Source: Neovahlkampfia damariscottae
Lineage: Eukaryota
Reading direction: 5' to 3'
Length of the DNA: 37,692 nucleotides
NCBI GenBank assembly: GCA_016618085.1
Contig: JABLTG010000175.1
Coordinates: forward strand, 1 to 37,692
Position numbers and translations under genes: made by a program. Positions 33,872 to 37,692 of the stretch are shown in pieces. Each line of letters opens with the position of its first letter. Positions within the stretch are counted from its first letter, which is position 1. The notes beneath the pieces are model-generated. The model was not told where the DNA came from. It saw only the letters and a list, made by a program, of their open reading frames with translations, and made no database searches.

Positions 33872-35743
33872 ATGACAAAACAGAAAATTATTTACACAGA
33901 AGTTATATATGAAGTACAACATAGAAAATTTTTAGGTTCATTTTTGATATCTCCAACAGGTTAGAAAAAATAAAAAAAATAAAAAAAAAAAAATGAAAAA
34001 GAGTGGTATAATGAAGAGTTAAAACCTAAAAAAAAAGATGAAGTTGAGTTACCAAATGAATGGACATGGATAACTGAATGGAAAAATGATGGTGTTGATT
34101 CATATCAACATTCTTCAAAGTTAACTGGTAAAACATGGAATGCTGTTCCAGGTGCATTTGATTTTGTAAGAAGAAGAAAATGGACAAGAACAAGAATGAA
34201 AATGGCAACAGATGAAGAAGTTAAATCATTAAAAAATCAAAAAATTAAAAAAATATCACAAGAAGAAGATATTTATAAAGAAGTTACAAAATTACAAGAT
34301 GAATTGAAAAATGAATTTAAAAAGACAATTGAAAAAACAAATAAACCAAATATTTTATTATTAGGAGGTAGTGGTGCTGGAAAATCATCTTTAGTCAATG
34401 CTGTTTTTGGTAAAACATTAGCTGAAATTGGAGAAGGAAAACCAATCACACAAAATTATACAAAATATAGTGGTGAAGATTCACCTGTTGTTATTTATGA
34501 TTCAAGAGGTATTGAACATGGATATGCACAAAAAGGTTTTTCAGAAGATACAAGATTATTTTTTGAAAAATTAAATTCTCAAGAAGAGAAACAAAATCAT
34601 ATTCATGTTGTTTGGTATGTTTTAGATTTAACCCAGGCAAGATTTCAACCATTTGAAGCAGATTTTTGTCGAAATGAATTAAAAGATTATCCAATCATAT
34701 TCGTTTTAAATAAAGCGGATGCTGTTGATAAAGAAGTTAGAAATACAATGTTAAAAGTTATTGCTGATTTTAAAATGCCAAATTGTCATGCTTTATTTAG
34801 TACTGTTGCAAATTGTAAAAATTTTGATACAAAAAATTGTGAAGAATGTGGCAGTGGAAAAATTAAAAAAAGAATTAAAGGTGAATCATGCACTGTAATG
34901 TGTAAGGAATGTAAAGCGAAATATACTTTAGAAAAAACAGCTGGAATTAAAGAATTGAATGAAACTACAATTTCAGTTATGCCTGAATTAGTAAAATCAG
35001 TTTTTATAAATTCTTTAAAAAATGAATTAATTGGAAAAGAAAAACAATCAAAAGATATTATGATTACTTATGCTCAACGTGCTCATTTAAAAGATTCATC
35101 TTCTCTTTTAAAAATGACTGATGATTTATTGAAATTATATGGAATGGAAATGATTTCATCTTTTGTTAAAAAACAAGTAACAGAAAGATATAAAAAATAT
35201 TATGATGATGCTGGTTCTTCAAAAAGAGCGGGTTTTTGGTTAAATCAAGTTTTTGCTGGATCTTCATTGGCTACTTCATTATTTCTCGCTTTTGGTTTTG
35301 AAATTTCAAGAAATTGTATTGAATTTAAATCAAAGATTATATCAACAACTATTAAAGAATTTAATGATGTACAAATATTTAAAACACTTTCAAAAACATC
35401 TGAAGAAAAAGAAGAAGAAAAAATTGAAATTAAAGAAGAAGATAAAAATGGAGAAGAAGAAAAAAAAAAGAAAAATGATCAACAAGAAACAGTTTCAAGT
35501 AAAGTACAATCAATAATTTGTACATTAGATCATGAAAATGAATCTGAATATTTCATTGAACAATCAATTGAAAATATTATTATTGATGTTGATACAGAAA
35601 TTGTAAGAAATGTAATTAATTCTTTAAAGAATTATTTGTATACACCATCTTTATTTTTTCAAAAAATTGATTTACTTCAAGGTACAAAACAATTTTCAAC
35701 AGTTTGGCCTGCACCTCCAAAACCAAAAAAAATCAAAAAATAA
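33872..35743 (+). CDS. TRAFAC GTPase B (paralog of A) with N-terminal DysF-like domain and Cys4 insert, about 609 aa
   Basis: G1 GGSGAGKSS, G2 PIT, G3 DSRG, IHVVWY, G4 NKAD, CEEC-x17-CKEC. ATG 33872 plus intron 33960-34001 adds IYEVQHR...LPNEWTWITEW...FVRRRKWTRTR in frame. Confidence 0.85.
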
Positions 35744-35751
35744 AAAAGTTT

Positions 35752-37692
35752 TTATTCTAATGAAAAACTATCAGGAGAAGGTTCATTAATTCCTGTTTGT
35801 GATTCAAAATCAAAATTTAAGTTATGATTTTCTATTGGTAAATCATCATCATCCAATGATTTTTCAATCACCCTTTGGGATGGAAAAGCTTTTGTGAAAT
35901 CAATTGCATATTCTGGATTGTCACATAAATCTTCTTCATCAAATACTGACATATCAAAAAATCTTGTTGCTCAACTGATTGGAAAATTGAATAAATTGTA
36001 TTGTAATGATTCTGAATAAGTTGATATATATTGTTTGCATAATAATGCATCAGCAAATTCTTTATCATTTTGTTTGAATAATTTCATGTTTTCAATTGAT
36101 TCTGTTTCATCATGAACTCTGACTTCTGTTTGTTCATTATTAAATGAAATATCATGATTTGTAATATTTACAATTGATTCATTAATTTTTAAATAAATGT
36201 TTGTTAAATTTTTTTTGTAGATGATTGAAGGATGATATTTTAATGTGTATTTCAACTATTTTAAAACTTCAATTAAATTCCCTGAATAATAAACAATGTA
36301 ATACTCTCTTTTTTTAAATTTCAATGATAACAATTCTTCTTTTTCTTTAATAAATAATTCATTCTTTTTTTTTCCAATTTGTAAATAATAATTTTCTGAT
36401 GTTTGAATTTCTTCCAATTCTCTTGAATTAAATTTATTCAAATGATTTATAACTGGATACAAATGTGTATTTGTTACAATTGCTTTAAAGTGTTTTATGA
36501 TGTCATTTCTTGTTGTTTCTCTTTTTGATTGATGAATAATTTTATTTTCTCCATTTAATAATGTGCATAATTTTAATTCCTTTTACTTTTAAGTATTCAT
36601 TTCCAATTTCTAATAACTTCTCCAAATCTTCTGGTAGTTGAATTTTAGTTCCTCCTTTTTTTTGTCCATATTTTCTTAAGACAACATTTTTTTTATCTTG
36701 AATCTTTGGTATTTTTGAAATGGATTCCTCAATTTCTTCAAGTTGATTTAATTTTCTCTTTTTTTCTCCAAATTGAATTGGATTTTCTTTTTTAACAACA
36801 ATTTCTTGTTGATTTTCAGTATAAATTTTAAAAGTTAAAAAATCAGAGGAATGATAAATGTACATTGTTTTAACTGTTAAAGATTTTGGAAACCAATATC
36901 CTTCTTTTCCTAATTTTTCGGGTTCAACAGTTCTCCAGTTGATCACCCAAGTTTCTTTTGCTTTTAATCCAAAATGATACAATTTCTCCTTGTCTATAAA
37001 TATGATGCCATAGGGCAGATGTTGTGTTATATGAGCTATCTTTACTCAAACTTAAATTGACTCCATGTTCTATCAAATAATTTGATTTATCTAATTGCAT
37101 AAGCATATCACAAGCAATAGCTTTAGTTGGTAATTGGTTTGATTGTAATTTTTCACTTTTAAAATCTTTAAAATCATTTAATGGAAAATTTTCTTCTAAT
37201 TTGCAACTATATGATTAAAATTAATAATCTTACAGAAGTGTTGGAAATAATTGTTTGAGAATGTAATAAAATTCAACACGATAAACAGGTTCTTTACATC
37301 CTGGTCTTTCATTTGAAATACAACTATTATTTGATAATTTTTGTCCAAATGCAAGTGTAATAATATTTATATTCTCAATAACTGCTTTTACAATCTGTAC
37401 AATGTCCAATTTAGAATCTTTGTATGGAAGCAATTGAGGTACATTTGTTTAAAAAACTATTCAATTCTTGATTTGTAATTTTATCATACGGCATTAAATG
37501 TCCAGAAGAATGCTTTATAAACTTTGAATTGACAAAAAATTCAGTCATCAATTTTTCCGATTGTTGTGGAACAATTTCATCCTATTGAAAGTTTAATTTT
37601 GTTTTATGATATTTACTTTTTCTCCTCCAAAGAATAAAGACTGTGTCTCTATTTTATTTTTCATTAATTCTTTCATATTTTCTCCTTGGAAA
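35752..37692 (-). pseudogene. Disrupted Crinkler-like gene with REase-fold domain and a KHA-like small domain; runs off the window end
   Basis: Reconstructed EPVYRVEFYYIL...ACDMLM...YLIE...HIYR...LKAKETWVINW...YWFP...MYIYHSSDF, then GTKIQLPEDLEKLLEIG. Frameshift at about 36983 and in-frame stops at 36256 (TAG) and 35971 (TGA). Confidence 0.6.

Noticed and set aside
10196..35516. Numerous short antisense or alternate-frame ORFs inside the long genes (e.g. 10196-10495, 11900-12235, 14704-14916, 28444-28692, 35253-35516)
   Set aside because: Shadow ORFs of well-supported genes, with no motifs of their own.
35752..36462. Stop-codon reassignment or selenocysteine explaining in-frame TAG/TGA
   Set aside because: Conserved genes in the window have no in-frame stops once spliced, and this locus also has frameshifts, so pseudogenisation is simpler.

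Overview
Gene-dense, very AT-rich nuclear DNA of a microbial eukaryote using the standard genetic code, with tiny (about 27-47 nt) GT-AG introns. A heterolobosean/discoban amoeba is my best guess; this is inference only. Splicing by hand joins the fragmented ORF track into about 13 recognisable genes: ERG4 sterol reductase, an RlmD/TrmA-like m5U methyltransferase, an aldonolactone oxidase, an RGS-RasGEF fusion, USO1/p115, a HARE-HTH+JmjN/JmjC demethylase, an acid lipase, PAN2, a stand-alone CYRI/CYFIP (DUF1394) protein ending in a CaaX box, a C2-like/MUN/2xGRAM/RhoGAP protein, GMD, and a head-to-head pair of paralogous bacterial-like GTPases. There is also a tRNA-Lys(UUU). The most unusual elements are: (i) a decayed chromosomal LSU rDNA relic (about 4355-5670, minus strand) still carrying a complete group IE-type intron at L1926 and the 5' half of another at L2563; (ii) the divergent GTPase pair, both with an inserted Cys4 zinc ribbon and one fused to a DysF domain; (iii) a disrupted Crinkler-like REase gene at the right end. 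All family calls come from motif recognition by eye; no searches were run.
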